NCBI GenBank assembly: GCA_965203325.1
Contig: OZ241875.1
Location: forward strand, 3,328,001-3,392,000
Reading direction: 5' to 3'
DNA from: a bacterium
Lineage (GTDB): Bacteria; UBA8248
DNA: 64,000 nt
Shown piece after piece: positions 1 through 8,994 of this stretch; the first letter of the stretch is position 1, and every line of letters starts with the position of its first letter. Under the pieces are notes generated by a model, which was given only the letters and a program-made list of their open reading frames with translations, was not told where the DNA came from and did not search any database. A program made the position numbers and the translations under genes.

Positions 1-272
1 ATCATGTAAACCATGCGGTAGACGGACTCGATGAGGGCGGCGTGTCCGGACGATAATGTGGCAGCGGGAGGCTCGTCGAGCCGCTCCTCGGCCGCGGCGA
101 GGGCACCCGAACGGACGAGTTCGCCGACCGGAATGCCGTGCCGCGCCGCGGCTTTTTCTAACAGACGCCACTCCAAACCCGAGAAGCGAATGGAGTGCGG
201 CACTCGCGGGTCGCTCGGGTTTTCCGCTGGCTTGTTGCCCTTTCCGGACTTTTTCTGATCGTTTCGCGTCAT
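1..272 (-). CDS. Ribbon-helix-helix (MobC/CopG-like) DNA-binding protein, runs off the left edge
   Basis: Absent from the ORF track because there is no stop in the window. Manual translation from ATG 272 (GAGGAAG upstream): MTRNDQKKSGKGNKPAENPSDPRVPHSIRFSGLEWRLLEKAAARHGIPVGELVRSGALAAAEE..., an RHH strand-helix-helix pattern. Same position relative to DUF2493 as the 11757 gene. Confidence 0.65.
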   Translation of the reverse strand, partial: MTRNDQKKSGKGNKPAENPSDPRVPHSIRFSGLEWRLLEKAAARHGIPVGELVRSGALAAAEERLDEPPAATLSSGHAALIESVYRMVYM

Positions 273-1007
273 CTTTTTCGCTTCCTCAGGAGGGGATCCG
301 TCAACGAAACGGACCGCATCGACCGCGATTTCGGTTCCGGCACGGCTCGTTTCAGACGAAACCCCGGGCGTTTTTGGACCTTCGGCGCTCGATTCTACGC
401 CCCGCCTTCAGGGTTTTTCGGCCGCCCTCGAGCGGGTTCTCCGCGCAGGTGGCAACCCCGGCGTACCGCGAAAAGGCCGGTATCGGGAGCATTCAAACGC
501 ATTGCGCAGCGTAACACGTCGTGTTACGGGATGCCACCGATTGCAACCAGACTGGTATCTATGCGCGACGTGCGCAGCCATGCCCCGTCAGGGATGAGAA
601 TGGGCGTGTATGCTCTGAGCTTACACTCGTCCGCGATAAGCCTGTCGCCCCGTGTCGTTGATATGGGACGGGATAGCAGCCCGTTCGTCATATGCCGGAA
701 TCCAGCAGCCCGCTGCGTTCCGGTGTGAAATCCGAAGCGCCGAAGGGCGACTAACGGCGGATTCCTGGGAACGAACGACGGGGGAATTTGCGCCGGAGAG
801 AATGGCAAGCGGGAGCCGCCGCGGCGATTGAGCGGACAGAGCGGGGGGCAAGAGGATGTGAGGGTGCTGAACCTTGCGCCTGGATTCACAAGCGGCGGAC
901 GCACGGGGCGCTGCATCTTGCGCTTTTCATCACAAGCAGACGAACGACACGGGAAGCAACGAGCCGCGCCGCCGGGCGGCGACGACGCGGCTCGTCGAGC
1001 GTTCACG

Positions 1008-1958
1008 TCACGCTACTTTCTGGACGGGTATGCCGAGCGAGCGGGCCTTGTCGACGAGGTTGTCGGTGATGCCCGAGCCGGGGAACGCGACCACGCCCTT
1101 GGGGAGGAGGCTGAGCAGCTCGTCGTTGCGCCGGAAGGGAGCGGCCCGACCGTGGGCGTCCCAGTCGGGCTTGCAGACGATCTGGTGGACGCCGTTCCGC
1201 TCGGCCCAGCCGGCTGCTATCTTCTCGGCGCCGGGGCCGCCGCCGTGGACGAGGACGACGTCGGCGTACTTGGCTTTCAGCTTGTCGAGCTGGCCGATGA
1301 TTTTACCCGCGTCGGTGGCCTCCTTGCCGCCCGCGACGGCGACGAGGGTTCCCTGGGGGAGGTGGGCGGTGTTCTCGCGGTCCTTTCTCGCCCGCTGGAA
1401 GTCGCGCGCCTCAATCACCGCCGACGTGAGCTTGCCGGTCTGCGAGACGTGCGATCCTCGTCGGGGCCGCCATACCTCGCCGGTCTCGACGCGGTAGGCC
1501 TCGGCGGCCATGTCGCGCAGCCCCTCGAAGGCGTCGCGACGGGCGGTGAGATTCCCGGCCCGGTCGGTGGCGAGTTCGAGTTCGCGGGACCTGATCTCGG
1601 AGCCGTCCTGCTCGCGCTGGAGTTCACGGATGCCGGGGATGAGTTTGTCGGCGGCGCGGTCGAGCCGCTGTGTCTGGGCGTCGAGGGTGTTGACGAAGCC
1701 CCACAGGAGACTCGCCCGCTCATCCGCCAGCTGCGTTCCGTCGGGCGCGGCCTCGGCGAGTGCGCCGAAGGCCTTGAGGACGGCGGCGGTGGACTCCGCT
1801 TCGCCCCACACGGGCCGGTTGTCGAACTCGTCCGGGCCCGGGGTCGCGCCGAACAGCTGGGCCTGCTCGCAGACCATGGCGGTGAAGGATTCGTTCTGCG
1901 CTTCGATGTTGTCGACCTCGTGCATGATCATCTCCTTGTGTGTCTCGGTGGCGGTCAT
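1008..1958 (-). CDS. DUF2493 (SLOG/YspA-like) domain protein
   Basis: C-terminal VAVAGGKE...VLVHGGGPGAEKIAAGWAERNGV...AAPFRRNDELL...VAFPGSGIT motif set; AAGGAG RBS. Confidence 0.85.
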   Translation of the reverse strand: MTATETHKEMIMHEVDNIEAQNESFTAMVCEQAQLFGATPGPDEFDNRPVWGEAESTAAVLKAFGALAEAAPDGTQLADERASLLWGFVNTLDAQTQRLDRAADKLIPGIRELQREQDGSEIRSRELELATDRAGNLTARRDAFEGLRDMAAEAYRVETGEVWRPRRGSHVSQTGKLTSAVIEARDFQRARKDRENTAHLPQGTLVAVAGGKEATDAGKIIGQLDKLKAKYADVVLVHGGGPGAEKIAAGWAERNGVHQIVCKPDWDAHGRAAPFRRNDELLSLLPKGVVAFPGSGITDNLVDKARSLGIPVQKVA

Positions 1959-1979
1959 CGTTCACTCCTTTCGTTGTCC

Positions 1980-2354
1980 TCAGGCGAGGGGATGGTTGAA
2001 TTCGGGAAGAGCGTAGCCACGCTCGTTGCGCCCCACTTCTTTCGGCATCCCGTCGAGATACCCGGCGGCCCACTCGGCGGCGCGCGCGAGTACGTCGCCG
2101 TGGCACGGGAGGGGATGGCAGTGGCAGCCGAGCTCGCAGCCTTGAAGGTCGGCGAGTTCGTGGAGGTCCTGCTCCTCGCGCCGGATTTTTTCCCACAGCC
2201 ATCGCCGGTATTTCTCGATCACCTCGGCGCGCTCGCCGTCCTTGCCGATCCGGAAGGGGTTTCCCCACTTCGTCGCGCGGTCGATCCTGACCAGCAAGCC
2301 GCCTCCGAATGGGGGCGCAACGTAGTCGTTCAGGTTCACCACGGTGGTTTCCAT
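1980..2354 (-). CDS. DUF4326 domain protein
   Basis: RIDRxTKWGNPF...LGCHCHPLPCHGDVL signature; AAGGAG RBS. Confidence 0.9.
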   Translation of the reverse strand: METTVVNLNDYVAPPFGGGLLVRIDRATKWGNPFRIGKDGERAEVIEKYRRWLWEKIRREEQDLHELADLQGCELGCHCHPLPCHGDVLARAAEWAAGYLDGMPKEVGRNERGYALPEFNHPLA

Positions 2355-2390
2355 GCCTTTCTCCTTCGTAGAGAGTTAACGGATGCGCTT

Positions 2391-2619
2391 CTTAGCGCCC
2401 CATTTTCAGCACGTAAGGGCATCGGGCGGTGTTACCGATGCCCGTAGGCGAGCGAATCAAGGGCTTGTCATTTTCCGGGGGGTTCCCGAAAAACACGCCT
2501 CATAGAGCGGCGCTCCTGTCTTTCGCCGCTCGGCGTTTTTTGGGGGGCACCGGCAAATGATGGCCGCTCGCGGCCACCCTTTATTCGCTCGGCGTTCGTG
2601 CTAAAATGAGGACGCTAAG
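2391..2619 (+). promoter_or_regulatory. Long imperfect stem-loop, candidate Frpo/ssi-type single-stranded-DNA promoter
   Basis: Outer arms CTTAGCGCCCCATTTTCAGCACG and CGTGCTAAAATGAGGACGCTAAG with nested inner stems; TGcTAAAAT -10 on the distal arm. Confidence 0.6.
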
Positions 2620-2945
2620 AGAGAGAGGGTAGTACCGCCACCGGGACACAAGAGCCTTTGGTGTTTCACGATGAAGGCGAAGCTCATCGGGAAACAGTCT
2701 CTCATGCTGCGGAAAGGGTCATTTCGGGCCGTCTTTTTCCGGCCCGAAATTCCCGCAGCGGGGGGTGGACCGAGCCACTGTCTGGAATTATGGAATGATT
2801 ACAGGAGCATGCCGATCTTCCGGGAACACGGTTCATCGTTCGCGGAACCGGAGATCTTCTAGGTGTTCCTGGTAGACGAGAGGGCCGGTGGGGCGGGAAA
2901 GGCGCGGGCGCGGCGCTTCGGCGGCAGACTTTCTCTGAATAACGA

Positions 2946-2985
2946 GCAAAAGAAAAGGCCGACGCGCGAGGCGCCGGCCCTTCAA
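2946..2985 (-). terminator. Intrinsic terminator after ssb
   Basis: GC hairpin followed by a T-tract on the minus strand; conserved in copy B. Confidence 0.6.
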
Positions 2986-2989
2986 GCAC

Positions 2990-3436
2990 TCAAAATGGAA
3001 TTTCTTCCCCCACAACGCCAGCCGCCACAGCCGCCGTCTCGGGGTGCGCGCCGTTGCCGTTGCCATTTCCGTTCCCGTTCACCTTGTCGAGGAACTGCAC
3101 GCGTCCCCCCGGCGCGATGAGGATCTCGGTCGAGAACCGATCCGAATCCTCGTCATCCTTCTTCCAGCGGCGGGTCTGGAGCTTGCCGGCCACGTAGACC
3201 AGGCGGCCCTTCTTCGCGTGCTTTTCGAACATATCGACCAGGCCGGGCTGGAAGGTCACGACCCGGTGCCACTCGGTCTTGTCCACCCGCTCGCCGGACT
3301 GCTTGTCGATGTAGCCCTCATCCGTCGCGATGGACAGGTTGGCGACGCGACCTCCGCTGGTGAGGTGGTTGACGGTGACGTCGGCGCCGAGACGCCCGAT
3401 CAGTTCCGCTCTGTTGAGTCCGAATGCCATTTTCAT
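2990..3436 (-). CDS. ssb: Single-stranded DNA-binding protein
   Basis: LNRAELIGRLGAD...KTEWHRVV...LVYVAGKLQTRRW; C-terminal EEIPF. Confidence 0.97.
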   Translation of the reverse strand: MKMAFGLNRAELIGRLGADVTVNHLTSGGRVANLSIATDEGYIDKQSGERVDKTEWHRVVTFQPGLVDMFEKHAKKGRLVYVAGKLQTRRWKKDDEDSDRFSTEILIAPGGRVQFLDKVNGNGNGNGNGAHPETAAVAAGVVGEEIPF

Positions 3437-3509
3437 ACTCCTTCAGGTTGTGGTGTGGATGATGAAGTTGGGCAGTCTGAAATCCTCTCTCCCGACCCCC
3501 CGGTTCGTC

Positions 3510-3641
3510 CTAGATGCTGCAGAACTCCACTTCGCCCCCCGCCTCGTCGCGAATCTTGCGGATCGTGTACGCGTCGAGTCCGAGTTCTGCGAGCAGTTCG
3601 TCCGTGGTGGGAACATCGACGTCAAAGTCGTTCTCGTACAT
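3510..3641 (-). CDS. 43-aa acidic small protein (MYENDFDVDVPTTDELLAELGLDAYTIRKIRDEAGGEVEFCSI)
   Basis: AGGAGG RBS 7 nt before ATG; co-oriented and directly upstream of ssb; below the ORF-track cutoff. Confidence 0.55.
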   Translation of the reverse strand: MYENDFDVDVPTTDELLAELGLDAYTIRKIRDEAGGEVEFCSI

Positions 3642-4347
3642 GGCCAGGCCTCCTATCGGGGTTGTCGCCGGCGGCGGGAGCTGGAGACTGTCTCCCTCTC
3701 CCCTGCCGGGCCTTTGCCCGGCTCCCCGCTTCGCTCTTCCTCTGCGAGGGGGGTCCGCAACCGGTGTCGGAACTTTCGTGGGCCGTGAACGGCCTCCGTC
3801 CCGACCGGGTAGTCTCGGAAACAGACGGGAGCGGGAACCAGGCGAGCGCGCCCCTGGTCCGGGGTTCGGATGGATGAGGAGCGGAGAAATGGAAGCGCAT
3901 CGGGAGGGACGGGGTTCGGGGCGGCGACTATCCTGTCACCGCCGGTGAGGTTCATCGTCGGTGATCCCGCGCCGTGGACCGGGGTGTCGGCGTTGATGCT
4001 GCCGGGGCAGGCTGCCGGGTTAGCTCCGCGCTGCCTAGCGGGTCGGGATTGTGTTCGGCGCATTCGTCACCGATGGCGAGACTGCTCTGCCGGGTTGCTC
4101 CGCCCCGTGTGGTCGTATCCGGTCTCGCGACCGGGCTCCCTGCCTGCCGTCTTGCGCAGCGCGCCCGGGTCCGGTTGGCGGCACAGCGGGGTGGCCTTCC
4201 CCCCGCCCCCGGCGGGAAGGGAGCCGGACGGCTTCTGGACGGCGATACGTATCCGCTGACGAGCGGCGGAGCAGAGGCCGGTTGGTGCCCCCCCGCCAGA
4301 CGTATACGGGCCGGCTGCACGTGCAGGCGGCGAGCCGGTGCAAGCAC

Positions 4348-5157
4348 CTACCAGCTGGTGAACCTGGCCATAGGCGACGCGTCTTCGATGATTTCCACTT
4401 CCTCGCGGGAAAGCTTCTCGAAGGCGAGGCACATGGCGACCTCCTCCCAGGAGTCCCAGGGTCCGTGCTCCTCGCCCGTGGCGAGTTCGACCACGGTGTA
4501 GCGCGGCGGGTAGAGGGGCAATCCCTTGTGCTCGCCCGAGGAGTGCCAGGAGCGCCGCGCACACGGTTCGCACCGGGCGGCAAGGCCCGCCGGCCGGCCA
4601 CAGTCCACGCAGAGCCACCGTGCGCGCCTTTTTGCGTAGCGCGCCCGGCTCGCGGCGTTCTTCTTTGGAGCGCGTCCCTCCCCGAGCGCGGCGCACGGGC
4701 CGCATTGCGCGGCGACGGCGAACGTCGGCCTCCCGCAGCGGCCGCACAGGCCTTTCGCTCTCCTGGCGGCGTAGAGCTTTTGCTCTTCAGCGCGCCTCAC
4801 CTCCCGGCAGGTCTCGCACACGGCGCCGCCCTCTACCGGGGGACGCTCTCCGCAGGCCGTGCAGAGGCCGGCCGCCTTGCGTTCGCGCCTTCGCCTCTTG
4901 CTCCTCTCCCGCGCCATGCGGCGTCGTCCCTCGGGGTTCTTCCCCCCGTAGGGGTCCCCGGCGGCCTTGCCTCTCGCGTAGCGGGCGCGCTCGGCGGCCC
5001 GCCCCCTCTCGAGGCAGGGTTCGCACATGCTGCGCCCGGGCGCGGGAGGATGTTTTCCGCACTTGGGGCACAGGCCCATCGCTCGGCGTTCGGCGGCGCG
5101 CCGGCGGTGGCGTTCGCGCTCTTTCTTTCGTCCCTCCTCGGGGTCCTTGTACGGCAT
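4348..5157 (-). CDS. Basic protein with four CxxC...CxxC zinc-finger-like repeats
   Basis: GLCPKCG..CEPC, GLCTACG..CETC, GLCGRCG..CGPC, WLCVDCG..CEPC separated by Arg-rich helices; GGAGGGGGAG RBS. Confidence 0.75.
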   Translation of the reverse strand: MPYKDPEEGRKKERERHRRRAAERRAMGLCPKCGKHPPAPGRSMCEPCLERGRAAERARYARGKAAGDPYGGKNPEGRRRMARERSKRRRRERKAAGLCTACGERPPVEGGAVCETCREVRRAEEQKLYAARRAKGLCGRCGRPTFAVAAQCGPCAALGEGRAPKKNAASRARYAKRRARWLCVDCGRPAGLAARCEPCARRSWHSSGEHKGLPLYPPRYTVVELATGEEHGPWDSWEEVAMCLAFEKLSREEVEIIEDASPMARFTSW

Positions 5158-5171
5158 CCGTCTCCCCCTCC

Positions 5172-5486
5172 TCAGCGCCGGCTGCTTTGGGCAAAAAATC
5201 CCGTGGCGTACGCCCCCCAGTATTGAACCCCGCTGTCCCTGGTGCGCAGGCCCGTGCAGACGATGATCTCGTCCCGCGCGGGCCGCATCTCCCGGACGGC
5301 TTTCCGGGTGGCCGTCGCTCTCTTCATCCTGCGCCCGCTCCCGGTCTTCGCTTCCGCAGCGGGAATGGGGCGGATATCGCCGTCCATCGTCGACTTGAAC
5401 CGTTCCACGGCGTATCGCTCGTCTTCGAGTCCTTGGCCGAAGGTGTGGGTGAGGAAGGTGTTCGACTCTCGCATGGTCGTCCGCAT
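5172..5486 (-). CDS. Hypothetical protein
   Basis: AAGGAGG RBS; operonic with the 4348-5157 gene. Confidence 0.55.
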   Translation of the reverse strand: MRTTMRESNTFLTHTFGQGLEDERYAVERFKSTMDGDIRPIPAAEAKTGSGRRMKRATATRKAVREMRPARDEIIVCTGLRTRDSGVQYWGAYATGFFAQSSRR

Positions 5487-5877
5487 CGCGCGCCTCCTTG
5501 CTGTGGGTGGTCGGGAAGGCGGAGAACGTCCTCTCCCGGACGCCCTTCCGCCGCCCCCTCCCGGCCCGGCTCTACCTCTCGCCGGCGCGTGGCCGGGGGG
5601 AGGTGCGCGATGAACGCCCCGGCGCTCGGGGCCGGGCGAGGCGCGCTGCGGAAAAATTTTTTGTCATATCCCTGCGCAGCCGGTCGCATGCGAGACCGCG
5701 TATGGCGCGCGGGCGTTGGAAACTGGATATAGAAAACTCTTGCAAACGAGATGTTTATGCTTTATTCCCGTTCTGGATGCAGGCGATGCGAGCCTATGCT
5801 CGCATGACGTCGTAGGCTCAGGGCGTAAGGTTCGAACGCGAAGGAGGGATGCGGATGAACGGGAACGGGGGAACTGC

Positions 5878-5945
5878 CTGAGGACGCCGGGCTTGCGTCC
5901 GATGCCGTCGGAGAGTGGACCGAAGATGATCTGCCCGAGGCCGGA
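5878..5945 (-). pseudogene. Fragment of a Bcr/CflA-type MFS transporter
   Basis: Isolated GLGQIIFGPLSDGIGRKP (MFS motif A) with no surrounding gene. Confidence 0.5.
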
Positions 5946-5972
5946 ACGGCGCCACGGGCAAATACTTTGTAA

Positions 5973-6156
5973 GGGGGGCTGTTGAAAAAGCCCGCACAGT
6001 GCCCTGCAAGTAGAGGGTTTGTAGGGACAGGCCCCCGTGCCTGTCCCTGCGAAGCGCAACCACGAGGATGGACATATCCGATACGGGCGGCCACAGGGGG
6101 TCGCCCTTACGAGTGAATGCGGTTTTGGCCATCTTCCGGCGAATGCCGGAATGACG
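5973..6156. repeat. MITE end plus REP cluster
   Basis: GGGCTGTTGAAAAAGCCC end; GTAGGGACAGG..CCTGTCCCTGC and TTCCGGCGAATGCCGGAATGACG palindromes. Confidence 0.6.
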
Positions 6157-6313
6157 AACGAAAACTTCTCGGCAAACGAGAGATTGTCCCGCAGGGGCCG
6201 CATACATGCGTACATGGACGCCCCCACCGATTCATGTTTAGATACGGATACGTAGATAACCAGCGAGAACGCGAAGCAGGAACAGCCTGATTGAGTCAAG
6301 AGAAGGGGGAACA

Positions 6314-7231
6314 ATGGAATTGAAAGCGAGACGAAGGTTTGTGGGAATGTATAGAAATTATTTTGTGAGGGAGGACAAAAAAAGTCTATCTATACGGTCC
6401 ATAAAATACCTCGCCTTGTGTTTTGCTTTGTTATTTCCATTGAATGCTTTTTCAGTGGGAGATCTTCTTGGTTGCAATAGTAGTGATACACTGGAAAGAT
6501 ATAATAAATTACATAAGCTGATAAAAAATGATTCAAATATTGCCCTTGTGTATAATTTAGCTATCACTTCTTTGTGTCTTGGAAAAACAAATGAGGGAAT
6601 GTCTCATCTTCAAAGGGCTTCGGATTCAGGCCATATTGTAGCTACTTATTTATTGGGTCTTTATTATAAAAAAAATCACACTTTTGATTCTGCGGAAAGT
6701 GTTGAAGGTATAGAAAATCTAAATAATGCTATTCATTACTATACTAAAGCGGCTCAAATAATTGAATCTTTAACTAATTACCCCGAAGGGGCAACAGAAG
6801 ATATGATGTATATTGAATCCACAGTTTATACTAGCTACTATGTGTTTAGAAATTTACCTGATCTTTATTTTAAAGGATATTCTTTTGCAATTAGAGATAT
6901 TGTGAATGGTAGTACAAGAGTTTCTTATACTGATACTTTAGATGTTTTAAATAATATGCGTACAACAGCTATTATGTGTGTAGAAAGGCCTTCTCTTTCT
7001 GTTTGGAAAAGTAAAAGAGATATAATTTATCAAGCTCAGCAAATTAAATGTGAAGCTTTACTACGTTTTGCAGAAGCTGTTTATCCTTTGGAGCAACAAA
7101 GACTACAGATAGCTCAGAACTGTGCAATTCCTCCCAGCAAATGTTCTGAACATAAGGCAATAGTCGGTCAAATTGGTCAGTTGGTTGGGAATATGTTTAA
7201 CCAAATAAGGTCAGCTCCTAAAATAAATTAG
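6314..7231 (+). CDS. Secreted Sel1-like repeat protein, very AT-rich
   Basis: Hydrophobic signal segment; EGMSHLQRASDSGHIVATYLLGLYY and AIHYYTKAA Sel1-like helices; sharp GC drop. Confidence 0.75.
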   Translation: MELKARRRFVGMYRNYFVREDKKSLSIRSIKYLALCFALLFPLNAFSVGDLLGCNSSDTLERYNKLHKLIKNDSNIALVYNLAITSLCLGKTNEGMSHLQRASDSGHIVATYLLGLYYKKNHTFDSAESVEGIENLNNAIHYYTKAAQIIESLTNYPEGATEDMMYIESTVYTSYYVFRNLPDLYFKGYSFAIRDIVNGSTRVSYTDTLDVLNNMRTTAIMCVERPSLSVWKSKRDIIYQAQQIKCEALLRFAEAVYPLEQQRLQIAQNCAIPPSKCSEHKAIVGQIGQLVGNMFNQIRSAPKIN

Positions 7232-7246
7232 ACATTGATTTTTTAG

Positions 7247-7390
7247 GAGTTACAGTCACACCTGGTGTATGGCCGTAGTGAATCAAGCGGCACTCCTGCC
7301 CATTTCTCTTTTGCCCACTCCATCAATGAAATTCACATCGGCGACCACGTCCAGTTGACGGAAGCCGCGCAGGCGTCTTGCCCACCCGGA
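7247..7390 (-). mobile_element. IS256-family right-end remnant
   Basis: Minus strand encodes WARRLRGFRQLDVVADVNFIDGVGKREMGRSAA*, resembling IS256 transposase C-termini, followed by ATACACCAGGTGTGACTGTAACTC (IR-like). Confidence 0.55.
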
Positions 7391-7421
7391 TGAATACGTT
7401 GGTGCTGAGAAGATAACCCTC

Positions 7422-8921
7422 TCACCGCGCCTCGAAGAAGCGGCGCACGGCGTGGTCGGGACTGAACTTGCCCTCTATGGCGTCGCGCAGCCAGTCGGCC
7501 ACCATGAGGTAGAAATCGGGCAGGCGTCCGCCCATCGTGTGGGCCTCGTTCTCATATACCCAAAGCTCCCTGGGGCCGCCCAGGAGGTCGAAGAGCCGCT
7601 CGGCGTCCTCCAGCGGGCAGAGCTCGTCGAACTCGCCCATCGCCAGAAGCGTCGGACACTTGATGTCGCCCGCGATATGCTCGAGCGTCATCTGCTCCGC
7701 CATGGCGTCGAACTCGTCCTCGTCGTGGATGTTGGACATGTACTGGTAATTCGCGCGGTAGGCGGGTTTCCCGCCCTTGAAGATGGAGTCTTTCTGGAGA
7801 TACACGCCCATCGCGCCCACACAGGCTTTCAGTCGCTTATCGTGCGCCGCCACGCGCGGCCCCCAGTAGCTGCCCATGCTCCAGCCGTAGAGGCCAATCC
7901 GCTCGGCGTCCACCTCGGGGCGTGATTCGAGATAGTCGATGGCGGCGGAACCCGCTCGCTCGAAGTTGTCCAGCGTCACCCAGGTCTCGCGCGTGTTGCT
8001 CTCCCCCTGGCCGGGGCCGTCGATGCTGAGCGTGGCGAGGCCGCGCCGCCTGAAGTGGTTGTGGTAGGGATTGGGGAGAAACTCTTTGATGGTGTCCATC
8101 CCCGGCACGATGATGACGCAAGGCGCATTTTCCACCCCCGGCACCGTCTGCAAAATGCCCGGAATCGTCTTTCCGTTCTCGAAGGGAATTTCCACGCGCT
8201 CCACGGGCGCTTCGTCGAACAGATCGATGAACTTCTCGTAGCAGGCGATCATCCTGGCATACAGTTCGAGCTTTTGCGGCGTGTTCTTGTGGATGACGCC
8301 GCAGGCGGGGCCGTAATAGAGCGCTGCGCGGTGGTAGAACTCCGCCGCCGACTCAAGGTGGCCGGCGGCCTCGGCTTCTCTCGCGAGCGCTTCTTCCTGG
8401 GCGGCGGTGCGCGCCCACTCCTTGGGCACGGAGCCGGGCAACTTGATGCGCTCGGTCGTCCGCCGCACGTCGGCGGGCAGGAAGGCGGGGCACTCGACGT
8501 TCTGGCCCCGCTCGGCCACCACCTCGATTCCCTTGTCCTTGAGGAAAGTGGTGAGCCGCTCGTTCAGCCATTTTGGATACGGCGAGGCGAGCGCCACCTT
8601 TGCGATGCCCGTCCGCTCTTCGATCACCGCGATGATGTCCGCATCCATGCCCGGACGCACGAAGCTGCCGCCGGTGCAGCCGAAGCAGATGGCATCGAGA
8701 CTCGCGTGGCCCGTGAATTCCATCAGGAGGCGGAGAGCGGTGCCTGTGGTCATAACGGCTGCCGCCCCGGTCAATAGAAAAAATCGTCTGTATGCGCAGG
8801 CGGATTGTGGAGCTTGAGTCCTCCGGAGAATCGGAATATCATCGCCATGCTCTCTTGGGCGCAGACATGCAATGCCCTTTTCGTGATCAAGTTGTTGTGT
8901 TGCGATAGTGTTGACAATCAT
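7422..8921 (-). CDS. Chimeric ORF: maleate isomerase/Asp-Glu racemase fragment fused to an FrsA/DHPON-type alpha/beta hydrolase
   Basis: AICFGCTGGSF and VALASPY motifs, then PGMDTIKE, DGPGQGE, GWSMG nucleophile elbow; AT-rich unrelated 5' end. Confidence 0.7.
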   Translation of the reverse strand: MIVNTIATQQLDHEKGIACLRPREHGDDIPILRRTQAPQSACAYRRFFLLTGAAAVMTTGTALRLLMEFTGHASLDAICFGCTGGSFVRPGMDADIIAVIEERTGIAKVALASPYPKWLNERLTTFLKDKGIEVVAERGQNVECPAFLPADVRRTTERIKLPGSVPKEWARTAAQEEALAREAEAAGHLESAAEFYHRAALYYGPACGVIHKNTPQKLELYARMIACYEKFIDLFDEAPVERVEIPFENGKTIPGILQTVPGVENAPCVIIVPGMDTIKEFLPNPYHNHFRRRGLATLSIDGPGQGESNTRETWVTLDNFERAGSAAIDYLESRPEVDAERIGLYGWSMGSYWGPRVAAHDKRLKACVGAMGVYLQKDSIFKGGKPAYRANYQYMSNIHDEDEFDAMAEQMTLEHIAGDIKCPTLLAMGEFDELCPLEDAERLFDLLGGPRELWVYENEAHTMGGRLPDFYLMVADWLRDAIEGKFSPDHAVRRFFEAR

Positions 8922-8994
8922 TATTTAATGAATTCCTTTATCAGATAAAACAAAAATTATCAGTAATTTATAAGCCTATCAAATTTGTGAATAC

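Larger units (their letters stand above)
718..3233. repeat. Copy A of a ~2.5 kb diverged inverted duplication (copy B 8994-11385)
   Basis: ssb C-terminus, intergenic block, DUF4326 and DUF2493 recur in reverse complement. The DUF4326 proteins differ at 10 of 124 residues. Confidence 0.95.

Noticed and set aside
828..2447. 539-aa plus-strand ORF
   Set aside because: Antisense shadow of DUF2493/DUF4326 in GC-rich DNA; no motifs
4245..4310. Possible riboswitch-like structure
   Set aside because: Hairpin present but no match to an aptamer consensus I recognise
6190..6230. IS110/IS1111-like end (ATGGACGCCCC)
   Set aside because: Too short and no transposase remnant nearby
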